Assembly (NCBI RefSeq): GCF_009914755.1
Contig: NC_060947.1
Reading direction: 5' to 3' (one strand)
Source of the DNA: the human T2T-CHM13v2.0 reference genome, Homo sapiens
DNA length: 64,000 nucleotides
Within the stretch, counting starts at the first letter, position 1. Each line of letters opens with the position of its first letter. The notes beneath the pieces were generated by a model, which saw only the letters and a program-made list of their open reading frames with translations, did not search any database and was not told the DNA's origin. Shown here piece by piece: positions 25,150 through 37,299 of this stretch. The translations under genes were made by a program, and so were the position numbers.

Positions 25150-25400
25150 CTGTTGTTGTCTTCTGTGACCACACGTGCAGGCAACCCTGGGAGCTCCAGC
25201 TAAACAGGCGAGGAGTGTAATTAATCCATTGTTTAGCATTATTGGAGCTCACTGCTGTGCGGATTCTTCCTGGCAGTTCTCCCAGCCTGATGGTGGCGGT
25301 GGAGGCAGCAGCTCAGCGAGCAAGGAGGGGGTTTGGACGGATTGAGATGTCAGGTCTGGGGAAGGGCAACTACTTATTAAAGAAGGCTCATGCCTGAGGG
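25150..25400 (-). promoter_or_regulatory. Candidate first exon and promoter/enhancer region
   Basis: Donor ACAG|gtgcga at 25149 gives a 160-nt intron to the 24989 acceptor. Locally GC/CpG-richer unique sequence with CACGTG, TAATTA and CATTGTT motifs, and an AT-rich TTTAATAA (minus) near 25374-25381. Confidence 0.3.
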
Positions 25401-25699
25401 TGAGGGGAGGACAATGCCCAGCTCTCCTCCCTGGTGGCTCACTTCCCACTGCTAGGAAATAATGTCTATCTGTTTGGCTCCTGTTGAGAAAGCCCATTTT
25501 CCTCCTTGTTCCTGGGAGGCTGGCTGAGCTGTGAGCACAATATGGATGATGTTTGCCTAGAGGCCTGGGCCTGGTCTCTGTCTCAAACTGGGCTGCTTCC
25601 TACTACCTGGCCTCTTGTCTGGTGCGGTCGGTGGCTTTCACCTGACATAATGATCCAGCATCAGCCTACGTAGGAGTCTTAGCAGCCTCCCCAAGGGTA

Positions 25700-25945
25700 A
25701 GAGCCAACACTTTGACAGCTCTTACTAAGTGCCAGGCATTGTTCTAAGCACTGGGCATGTATTACTGCATTGAATTTTCACAACAATCCTACGAGATGGG
25801 TGCTATTCTTATCCCTACTTTACAGATGAGGTAAAGGAGGCACAGAAAGGCTAAGTAACTTACCCAAAGTAGCACAGCTAATAAGAGGTAGAGGTGTGAT
25901 TCAGAGTCTTGCTGCAGACCTTATGTGTTCAACTGTTGCACTGTA
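25700..25945 (-). mobile_element. MIR, near full length
   Basis: ttactaagtgccaggcattgttctaagcac...ttacagatgagg...aagtaacttacccaa. Confidence 0.88.
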
Positions 25946-28006
25946 CAACCTCTTCAGCTCACACTCCTAGCACCAGTGGGACACAAAGAACATTTCCTGG
26001 TATTTCAATCCCCATACCTACCTGCCAGGGGACATTTCTATTTCTGCCCCATGAGTCCAGATCATCCAGTGGAGGAACTTTGCTGGCTCCTTTTTAATAA
26101 GCATTAGGCATACCTTTCATGATTTGGTCTGTTTGAGAAATCCTGGAGATAGGGAGTTACTTCAGCTCATTGATTCGCAAACTTAGGTGTCAGGAACAAA
26201 CACTCTGGAGGTTATTAACAATACCAGTTCCTAGACCCCTTGGACTGCCCGTCCCCCTCCCTGCCCCCGCTAGATTTCTGGTTTTAGACCCACTGGTTGT
26301 GTTGCATCACTCTCTGTCTGTAGCAGATATGATAGGACTATTCATTCTTTGTTCCTCTTCACTCTGTTCTCGTACCTGCAGCCAGGAAGTCCAGAGCTGC
26401 CCTGAGCATCTTGATTGTGCAGCACTGGTCTGAGGCAACTTATAGGGCTCACTGGTTTTCAGAGGCATGGAGAGGAGAAAGGCAGGCTGAAGAACTGGCC
26501 GAGGGATCACGAAGCAACCTCAGTGATGTTGCTACTTAATTGGGTGGTTACTGGATTGCCAAGGCTGGGCCTTGTTGGCTCCTTACTTAAAAGCATGCAG
26601 AAACCCAATCTGAGACAACAAGAGTGGCTTTTTGCTTCTCTGGACTCATGTGGATAGTGGTCAGTGTTTTCCTTTCTCTCCCAATTCCTGGGAACACATT
26701 CATGGAACTTGGCACTATCAAATAATAAAACAAAGACCATCCAAGCTTATGTATATATAAAGGCGAGTCTATTAGCCTTCTAGGCATGGGAGCATAGACC
26801 TGTCAGTGGTTCTCCGAGGGGACGGCTCAGGAGTTTTTATTTTCTCTAAATGGAGAAGCACTTGATGTTTATGCTAATTAAGAATAAAAAACTAGCACTG
26901 GGGACAGGACGAGAGAGTATAAAGCTTCACACACAGTTGGTTAAAAGCAAGTCCAGTTTTAACTTAGGAAAGTGTCTTCAGTTAGGTTGAGTGAGGACTG
27001 GCATCTTGGGTTCTTTGACCACACAGCATTCGGTTATGATACCTCCTAGGCAAGTGGTGCTGTAAATAAAAAATTATCCTTTTACAACTTGCCAGGGCTG
27101 TAGCTGTGAGCAGGCCCAGAAAGACCCAGGTTGGTTCCTTGAGGTCATTTTGAGCCCCTTCTGGGTGGAAGTACAGCTGTTCCCAGTCTCCTAGAGCCCA
27201 GGCTGGTGATCCTTCCCTGCAAGGGTAGAGCAAAGCAAGCAAGGTATCTGGGGGCAGTATTTAAGGAGGTACACACTTTCATGTTTGTGCAAGTGCAGAG
27301 TTGACCCTTGAGAGTGAGCACCTCCTTAAATATTGAGTTAGTGTCAGCCTACAGCTGCTGTCTTCCAAGATGTAAGGGAAAATGTTTTCAGTGTTGGTCT
27401 TGCTATAAAACATTCTCTTTGGATGAACTATGATTGCCTTTGCTCCAGATACATAATATTTCCAGTTGCTCTTGTTTCGCCAAGACTAGAAATGAATAGC
27501 ATGTGGACCAGGACGGGAGAGTAAGGAGGAACGCATCTGAGGATGCGTCAACTCTTGATCATGTTCTCTGTAATTTCAAGGATTTTACTCATGTGACCAG
27601 ATCACAGTGGCACAGACAGTCTGTCCCATTACAGAGCTGTACTCAGTGTTCTCTCTCCATTCCCTCCGGCCAGAGATATTTTGTTTCAGGAGATACTTAT
27701 TTGAAGTTTCAGGCCACAGGGAAATTATTCATATCAGATCTTATCCATGGAATTCTTTTTGCCTGGCTGTTATGAAACATCATCTGCAAAAAAGTACAGG
27801 AGAATGGCTCCCTAATTCTAGTTCCCTTAGTGGGGCTTCTCCTACAGTTTTCTAGAAAGTCATCGAATCCAATTCCAGGTATCCTGATTTGCAAATAAAC
27901 ATGGGCCTCTGGGAGCCTCCACATGCAACTAAATTATCCATGCCCCTGACTCTGGGTTGAATTGGGCCTCAATACTCCTGAGCAGATAAAACTCTGTTCT
28001 ATTTTT

Positions 28007-28360
28007 TTTTCATTATTATAATTTAAGTTCTAGGGTACATGTGCACAACGTGCAGGTTTGTTACATAGGTATACATGTGCCATGTTGGTTTGCTGCTCCC
28101 ATCAACTCGTCATTTACATTCGGTATTTCTCCTAACACTATCCCTCCCCCAGACCCCAACCCCCAACAGGCCCTGGTGTGTGATGTTCCCCTCCCTGTGT
28201 CCATGTGTTCTCATTGTTCAACTCCCACTTATGAGTGAGAACATGCAGTGTTTGGTTTTCTGCCCTTGTAATATTTTGCTAAGAATAATGGTTTCCAGCT
28301 TCATCCATGTCCCTGCAACGGACATGAACTCATCCTTTTTTATGGCTGCATACTATTCCA
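28007..28360 (-). mobile_element. 5'-truncated L1PA6-8 3' end
   Basis: Reverse L1PA 3' UTR; 12-bp TSD tgttctattttt at 27995-28006 and 28361-28372. Confidence 0.93.
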
Positions 28361-28658
28361 TGTTCTATTTTTAATGGCCTCTCATTAAGGCAAGCTGTGG
28401 TCTATGGCAGTCCTGATTTCAGGAGCTACCCCCTCCCCCAGCCTCAAGACTATCTCATGATAGCATTGTTGTGTTGATAAAAAGAGTCAAACTCTGTGAA
28501 ATATTTGAAGAGACTGATTCTAAGCCAAATATAAGTGACCAATGGCCAGTGACACAACTCTCAGGAGACTCTGCGAGCATGTGCCCAAGGTGATCAGGGT
28601 GCAGGTTGGTTTTATACATTTTAGGGAGACATGAGACATCAATAAATACATGTAATAG

Positions 28659-29901
28659 TGTGTCCAGAATTGGTGGGTTCTTGGTCTTGCTGACTTCAAG
28701 AATGAAGCTGCGGACCCTTGCGGTGAGTGTTACAGTTCTTAAAGATGGTGTGTCTGGAGTTTGCAGCTTCAGATGTGTCTGCAGTTTATTCCTTCTGGTG
28801 GGTTCGTGGTCTCCTGACTTCAGGAGTGAAGCTGCAGACCTTCACAGTGAGTGTTACAGCTCTTAAAGGCAGCACGTCTGGAGTTGTTCCTTCCCTCAGG
28901 TGGGTTCGCGGTCTTGCGGGCCTCAGGAGTGAAGCTGCAGGCCTTTGTGGTGAGTGTTACAGCTCATAAAGGTGGTGCAGACCCAAACAGTGAGCAGCAG
29001 CAAGATTTACCACAAAGAGCGAAAGAACAAAGCTTCCACAACATGGAAGAGAACAAGAGTGGGTTGTCGCAGCTGGCTGGGGGTGGCCTGCATTTATTCC
29101 CTTATCTGGCCCCACCCACATCCTACTGATTGGTCCATTTTACAGAGAGCTGATTGGTCCATTTTACAGAGAGCTGATTGGTCCATTTTACAGAGAGCTG
29201 ACTGGTCCATTTTGACAGGGTGCTGATTGGTGCATTTACAAACCTTGAGCTAGACACAGAGTGCTGATTGGTGGCACATTTACAATCCTTTAGCTAGACA
29301 CAAAAGTTCTCCAAGTCCCCTCTAGATTAGCTAGACACAGAGCACTGATTGGTGCATTTACAAACCTTGAGCTAGACACAGAGTGCTGATTGGTGCATTT
29401 ACAAACCTTGAGCTAGACAGAGAGTGCTGATTGGTGTGTTTACAATCCTTTAGCCAGATAGAAAAGTTCTCCAAATCCCCACCGGACCCAGAAGTCCAGC
29501 CAACTTCACCTTTCAATGGCCCTTGCCACAGGACTTTGCAGCACCCAGCCCAGGCACTCTGGCAGCCCAGAGGGAGCTCGTTCCCCCATCAAGCCCATGA
29601 GGCGCCGGCCTGCCGCACCGAGTGCGGGGCCCGCCGAGCTGTGCCAACCCGGAACCCGCACCGGCGCTCCCGGGAGCGCCGCGTGCAGCCTGTGCTCCCG
29701 CCTGCGCCTCTCCCTCCACACCTCTCCATCCACACCTCCCTGCCAGCAGAGGGAGCCGGCTCTGGCCTCGGCCAGCCCCAGAAAGGGGCCCCCACAGCCC
29801 AGGGGCGGGCTGAAGGGCTCCTGGAGAGCAACCAGAGCGGACGCCAAGGCCGAGGGGGCGCCAAGAGCGAGGGAGGGCTGCTAGCACGTTGTCACCTCGC
29901 A
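28659..29901 (-). mobile_element. LTR12 (ERV9) solo LTR
   Basis: tgtgtccagaattggtgggttcttggtc...gcacgttgtcacctcgca; tandem gctgattgg (CCAAT) repeats, CpG-rich U3, 4-bp TSD atag. Confidence 0.96.
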
Positions 29902-29981
29902 ATAGGTTGGTGCAAAAGTAATGGCGGTTTTCACCATTAAAAGTAATGGTGAATACTGCCATTACTTTTGCACCAACCTTA
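29902..29981. mobile_element. MADE1 (Hsmar1 MITE)
   Basis: 80-bp palindrome ataggttggtgcaaaagtaat...attacttttgcaccaacctta with TA duplication. Confidence 0.93.
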
Positions 29982-30137
29982 TAAGACTTACATTGGTTTG
30001 GTCAAGAAAGGCAGGACAACTCGAAGCAGGGGGTGGAGGGGGCTTCCAGGTTGTAGGTAGATTCAAATATTTTCTGATTGGCAATTGTTTGAAAGAGTTA
30101 TTATCAATAGAAAGGAATGTCTGGGTTACTATAAAAG

Positions 30138-30515
30138 TGACATGGTTTGGATCCGTGTCCTCATCCAAATCTCACATCAAATTGTAATCCCCAGTATTAG
30201 AGGTGGGGCCTAGTAGGAGGCCCTTTGGTGCTGTTCTCGTACTAAAGTTCTCACAAGAGCTGGTCACTTAAAAGTGTGTAGCACGCCCCCCCAACCTTCT
30301 TTTCCTCCTGCTCCAGCCATGTTAAGACATGCCTGCTTCCACTTCGCCTTCTGCCATGATTGTAAGTGTCCTGAGGCCTCCTCGGAAGCTGAGCAGATGC
30401 AGGTGCTATGCTTCCTGCAGAGCCTACAGAACCCTAAGCCACCTAAACCTCATTCCTTTATAAATTACCCAATCTCACGTATTTCTTTATAGCAATGCGA
30501 GAACGAACTAATACA
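30138..30515 (+). mobile_element. MSTA/MSTB MaLR solo LTR
   Basis: tgacatggtttggat...cttctgccatgattgtaag...gaactaataca; 5-bp near-TSD aaaag/aagag. Confidence 0.9.
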
Positions 30516-32505
30516 AAGAGGTTGTAGAGACCAAGGTTTTATCATGCAGATGAAGCCTCTAGGTAGCAGGTTTCAGAGAGAACAGATTGTAAATGTTTCT
30601 TATCAGACTTAAGGTCTGTGTGGATGTTAAATGCTGGTGGGCTTTTCCTGAATTCCAAAAGGGAGAAGGGCATAATGAGGTAATGAGGCATGTCTGACCC
30701 CAATCCCCTTTTGCGTCATGGCTTGAACCAGTCTTTGGGTTAACTCTGGAATGCCCTTGGCTGAGAAGAGAGGTCTATTCAGATGGTTGGGGGGCCTTAA
30801 GATTTTAGTTTACAGTTGTCTCTGGAAGAATCAGTCCTTTCTGTGTGATTTAAATTTTTCCAGCTAGTTTACCTCCTCTTGCAGCTATTTCAGCTGTTTC
30901 TTCTTGTTCTGTCCTTCAAAGACACAGGGAGGAGCCAGCCACCAACTGCTTAGTAATAATCCTTCATGTGCAGCTTGTAAGAGACACATAAGAAAATGCA
31001 GGGTTAATTTGAGAGCCACATTCCAATTTATTCATGCAGGGACCTCAGGAAGTTTTCTTGTTGCATCCACCTCCCTCCCACTCCCAACATCAAGTAAGCA
31101 TAATGAAGTCAGTTCAGGATGGGCTTTAAGCCAAAATTCACTTGCTTTGGGATTCGTCACTAAGGCTCCTATATTAAATTCACCTTGGGGTCTATGGTAA
31201 ATTTTATGAAATGTTACTTTCCTCTTTATGGCTAGTATAAACATTTATTATACATCCTGTGATATATGTTTCCAGGAAGTAAGGAAATGCTGTTGTGGAA
31301 AGATATGATTCCCAACTGATTTGAAATATAGACAAATAGCATGTTTTAGAAAGGGGCCAGGACTTTAATGGAAAAAAAAGTAGTTATCAGATTTTTTCTT
31401 TCTTGTCTTGCTCTGCCTTCTCTTCTGGCACCAGTTAAAGGAATATTTCTCATCCTTTCTCCCCATGCACACAAAAGATGATACCTGATATGAAATGCTG
31501 TCAAATCCTGCTTCATTAAAGCCCACAAAAGCTAATGCACAGCTCTCCTTGCACTGCCCTAAAATGGGAACAAAGAAGCAGAATAATGTCAAAATAGAAC
31601 ACAAAGGAAAAGAGTTTGTCCTCTGGGCCCGAGAGATGAAAGATATCAGGAGTCTTCTGTGAATGTTGGGCTGGGCCAATGTTTCTAGGGCTTGTTTCAT
31701 AGATGATGGGGGATTGCCAGATAGGGCAACTCATGAAAACACAGCCAGAGTACAGTGAGGATCCTCCAACGAGGACCCAGCCAATGCTTCTGTCATTGAC
31801 TCAGTCACAGGCAACAAGGAAGATTGCTTGCCTCAGCACAGGGACAGCTAAATAGTCAGGGAATATGGCTTTCCCATTCACTTCCTGTGCAGAAGAATAC
31901 ACCTTGCAGAGGAAAGAGGTCTGGGGACATGAGTTCAGTTGGAGGACCCTGGTTGGGGAACCCAGGAAACAGGCAGTTGTAAAAGATGTGCGGGATTCTT
32001 AATAGGAAGTAGCTTTAAGAAAACTCAAGTCATATAACAAGCTTTATCACTACTGGTAGCATGAACCACCATGAGGACCAAGCCCCTTGGCTTTGTGGTT
32101 AAACAGGGTTTATTAGTAAATCACAGATGGGGACAAATGTATTCTGCCAAATCGGAGTATGACCCCTGGAAATGTGAGAGGGCAAATTCAGAGCAACTTA
32201 GGTGGCATCACCGGGAAATGGCAGACTCAAGTTAAAATTAGGGCTCAAGTCAAAATCTAGCACTATGGGATTCAATGATGTGATGCAGTCAGTCAAAGCA
32301 GGGATAGAACATAGTCCAGTCCCTTCCCACCATCCCACGCTACCTCCTCATTTAATCTCCTGTCCTCCCCTTCATCTTCCTTCACTCTTCTGTCATCCAC
32401 AGCTAAAGCCAGCTGCTGGATGCTATCACTGGGCCGTGGGAAAAGAGGAAACAGTGAGGGTTGGACAGCCACTGGGAGCACACAGTTTGGCAAGTGAGGT
32501 TGTTT

Positions 32506-32976
32506 GTTACTTGAGTTATCCCAAAGCAGAGCCTGAAACAAGTATTAGAGAACAGGTAGTTTGTTTGGAAGGGCATTCCAAAGAGCAGGAGTGAGGGAGT
32601 GGGGAGTATGAGGCATGGATGGAGAGAAAGTCAGTATAAGGATGAATTGTTAGGGCACCGTTCTGCCAGAATTCCCTAGGAAGCATACAGAAGACTTCCC
32701 AAAAATGTCCATCTAAAAGATGGCAGGCAGGAGCTGGCTCCCATCCTTCATTGATTGAGGGCTGCCCCTGTATGTGTTGACATTCCTGAAATTCCCACCT
32801 GGGCATGCAGTGTCCTGGACTCATAAGTGCCTTGGGGCAGAGAGCAAAGGTGTGGTGCTCACTCATGGTGAGACAGGTGAGTCTAAGCTCACACAGAGCT
32901 GTGCACCCCAGTCAGCTGTGGAATTAGAAGTATGACCGACAGGATGTGTGACAGGGCACAAGACATATGTACTACA
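32506..32976 (-). mobile_element. LTR16-family solo LTR
   Basis: cccaaagcagagcctga...gcaggagtgagggagtgggga...tactaca. Confidence 0.65.
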
Positions 32977-33834
32977 GGATGTAAGTCTGCCAAAGTGCAA
33001 GAGAACAAGGAGATACTATACTATCACTGGGAAGCCAAAAATGAAGGGAACTTGGAAAAAAGTCCTCAGAAAATAAGCTGGCATAGAATTATTCAAACTG
33101 ACAGAAGTGAGGAGGCTTAAAAGAAGAGTTGAGGAGGGTTACGGGGAGTTGGATGGGGGATACTGTCAGAAAAAAGGGAAGAAATCTTTCTGGATAGTCA
33201 GCATCCTGAGCATTAGAGTGCACTTGATACCTGAACCAGCAGAGACCTCAACATGGGGTGATAAAGGAGGTGAAACTACACTGTAATGAGATCTTCTGGA
33301 TCCAACCTTAATAAACCTTTGTGGGCAGGGACAAGGATGCCTTACATATTATTGATTTCAAAGCTACAGCAAAGTCATATTTTTGTGAGAGTATTTGGAA
33401 AGCTTAGAGTGCTTGAAAACAGGGGAGGCTTGAGCTGGGATCTTGATTAGACTTTTGGAGCTATATGCCCTACAGAGCCAGAGTCTAGACATTGTCATTG
33501 CCACTTCTACCTGCAGCAAAGCACCTTGGGAGTAGTCAAGGATCTCTGAGGCACTGCAAGCCCAAACCTTCCCTTACAAGAAAGGAAAGCCCCTCTGTGG
33601 CATTCATATTGTAAACATTTAACTTCTAGAAAGAGCCTGAAGATTACAAGCTTCACAGATTAGTAAGATGAAGTCTGTGAGGTTGAACTAATTAAGTATA
33701 TGAAAGGATAATAGAAGATATGTATAGGAAAGACCTACTAATAGACCCATTAGAAATACACTGATGCCTCCCAGTACCACAGTCTTAAAAGTTATAGTGA
33801 ACTTTATACAAAATTATAGTAAACATATATTATT

Positions 33835-34648
<814 letters not shown>

Positions 34649-34682
34649 TATTTTCTGAGCACATAATGTGGGCTATGCTAGG

Positions 34683-35126
34683 TGTAGTGGGTTGAAGGTT
34701 GGCTCCCAAAAAGACATAGCGCATCCCAGACACTATATTTGAAAAAGGGGTCTTTTCCAGTTAAGTTCAAAATCTCAACATGAGATCATATGACTATCTG
34801 GATGGGCCCTAAATCCAATGATGAGTGTTGTTATGAGACACGCAGATTAAAACAGAAGAGGAGAAGACACAGACACATAGAAGAGGAGATCGTGTGAAGA
34901 TGGAGGCAGAAGTTGGAATGATAGAGTCACAAGGAATGCCAACTGCCACCAGAAACTGGAAGAGACAAAGAAGGATACTCCCCTAGAGCCTCCAGGGGGA
35001 GGGCAATTCTGCTGACACCTTGGTTTCAGACTTCTGGCCTCCAGAACTGTGAGATAATACATTACTGTTGTTTTAAGCAGCCCAATTTGTGAAAATTTCT
35101 TATGGCAGCCCTGGGGAACTTGTATA
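34683..35126 (+). mobile_element. MLT1B/C LTR
   Basis: tgtagtgggttgaa...gggccctaaatccaatga...cagacttctggcctccagaactgtgaga. Confidence 0.88.
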
Positions 35127-35319
35127 TTACGCTAGTGATTTAAATTTGAAGAGAAGGAATTATTGCTCTGCAGATACTGGCATAAAATATTATTTATTAT
35201 TTATTTAAAAAATAATTGTTATACAATAATTGCTTTAATGGAAGGGCATGTAAAGTGATGTAGGAGTGAAGAAGAATGGCTTATACAATGAAGTCCCATA
35301 ATAGAAACAGAACTACGTA

Positions 35320-35552
35320 ACAGTTAAAAGAACTGCCTGGGTTCAAATCCTAGCCCACTACTTACTCCACCGTAAATAGCTGTGCATGCTTGGGTAAATT
35401 GACTAGCCCCTCTGGGCCTCAGTTTCCAAAACTGTAATACAGGGTTGGCAATAAGGATTTTTTTAATTGGATTTTTGTAAGTTAAATAGGACAATATATG
35501 TAAAGTGCTTAGAATAGAGCCTAGTACATGGCAGGTAAGCAGTAAATGCTAT
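35320..35552 (+). mobile_element. MIR
   Basis: ctgcctgggttcaaatcctagc...gggcctcagtttcc...gtaaagtgcttagaa. Confidence 0.85.
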
Positions 35553-35825
35553 TCAGGAGGAACTGCCCTGTAATGAGGTACTCTATATCAGAGCTTCCCC
35601 ACCAGCATGCTGCAAATGGATTATGGATATAAAAATACAATATTCAAAATATGTGGGACACAGCTAAAGCAGTGCTAATAGGTAAATTTATAGCAAGTGG
35701 GTTTTAAATTGGGAATGCAAGCCTGTTTCAATATTCAAAAGTCACTCAATGCAATCCACCACATTGATAGTCAAAAGAAAAGAAATCATATGATTTTATC
35801 AATTGATGCATAAAAGGCATTTGAC

Positions 35826-35957
35826 GTAAACGATGAGTTGATGAGTGCAGCAAACCAACATGGCACATATATACCTATGTAACAAACCTGCACGTTGTGC
35901 ACATGTACCCTAGAACTTAAAGTGTAATAATAAAAAAATAAAAATAAAATAAAATAA
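35826..35957 (+). mobile_element. Very short L1PA6/7 3' end
   Basis: Perfect 14-bp TSD aaaaggcatttgac at 35812-35825 and 35958-35971. Confidence 0.92.
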
Positions 35958-36020
35958 AAAAGGCATTTGACACAATTTAAAATTCTCTCATGATAAAAAC
36001 CTTTCCACAAACTAGAAACA

Positions 36021-36091
36021 TTAGGTTGGTGCAAATGTAATTGTGGTTTTTGCCTTTAAAAGTAATGGCAATTGCATTTGCACCAACCTAA
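36021..36091. mobile_element. MADE1, internally deleted
   Basis: ttaggttggtgcaaatg...catttgcaccaacctaa. Confidence 0.9.
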
Positions 36092-36170
36092 TAGAAGAAA
36101 ACTTCCTCAATCTGATAAAGGGCATCTACAGAAAACCTATAGATGATATACTTTTTAAAAACTTTTATTC

Positions 36171-36506
<336 letters not shown>

Positions 36507-37176
36507 TTAAGTTCAGGGGTAAAAATTCAGGTTTGTAACACAGGTAAATATGTGTCATGGGAGTTTGTCCTACAGATTATTTTGTACATTATTTTACCCA
36601 GGTATTGAGCCTAGTACCCATTAGTTGTTTTTCTTGATCCTCTTCCTCCTCCCACCCTCCAGCCTCTGACAGGCTCCAGTGTGTGTAGTTACCCTCTAAT
36701 GTGTCCATGTGTTCTCATCATTTACCTTCCACTTACAAGGGAGAACATGCGGTATTTGGTTTTCTGTTCCTGTGTTAGTATGCTAAGGATAATGGGCTCC
36801 AGCTCCATCCATGTCCCTGCAAAGGACAATATCTTGTTATTTTTTATGGCTGCACAGTATTCCATGGTGTATATGTACCACATTTTCTTTATCCAGTCTA
36901 TCATTGATGGGGATTTAGGATGATTGCATGTATTGTGAATAGTGCTCCAATGAACATACATGTGCATGTGTCTTTATAATAGAATGACTTTTATTCCTTT
37001 GGGCATGTACCCAATAATGGGATTGCTAGGATGAATAGTATTTCTGTCTTTAGGTCTTTGAGGAATTGCCACACTGTCTTCCACAATGACTGAACTAATT
37101 TACACTCCCACCAACAGTGTTTAAGCATTCCTTTTTCTCCACAACCTTGCCAGCATCTGTTATCTTTTGACTTTTT

Positions 37177-37299
37177 TTTCTTTTTTAAAAATTTTATTAT
37201 TATTATACTTTAAGTTTTAGGGTACATGTGCACAATGTGCAGGTTTCTTACATATGTGTACATGTGCCATGTTGGTGTGCTGCACCCATTAACTCGTCA
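37177..37299 (-). mobile_element. Short L1PA3-5 3' end nested in the older L1
   Basis: gttggtgtgctgcacccattaactcgtca; TSD tgacttttt at 37168-37176 and 37300-37308. Confidence 0.85.

Larger units (their letters stand above)
28472..30814 (-). mobile_element. MER4A-like ERV1 solo LTR, split into three pieces by nested insertions
   Basis: aagagtcaaactctgt...catgtgcccaagg, resuming at ~29982 and ~30516. TG...CA ends and 4-bp TSD gttg (28468-28471, 30815-30818). Confidence 0.88.

Noticed and set aside
29120-29460. Regularly spaced 24-bp and 41-bp repeats, superficially CRISPR-like
   Set aside because: Standard LTR12 U3 tandem repeats without unique spacers, in eukaryotic DNA.
29431-29962. Several overlapping 90-170 aa ORFs on both strands
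   Set aside because: They lie in the GC-rich LTR12 U3, where stop codons are scarce; no protein-like signal.
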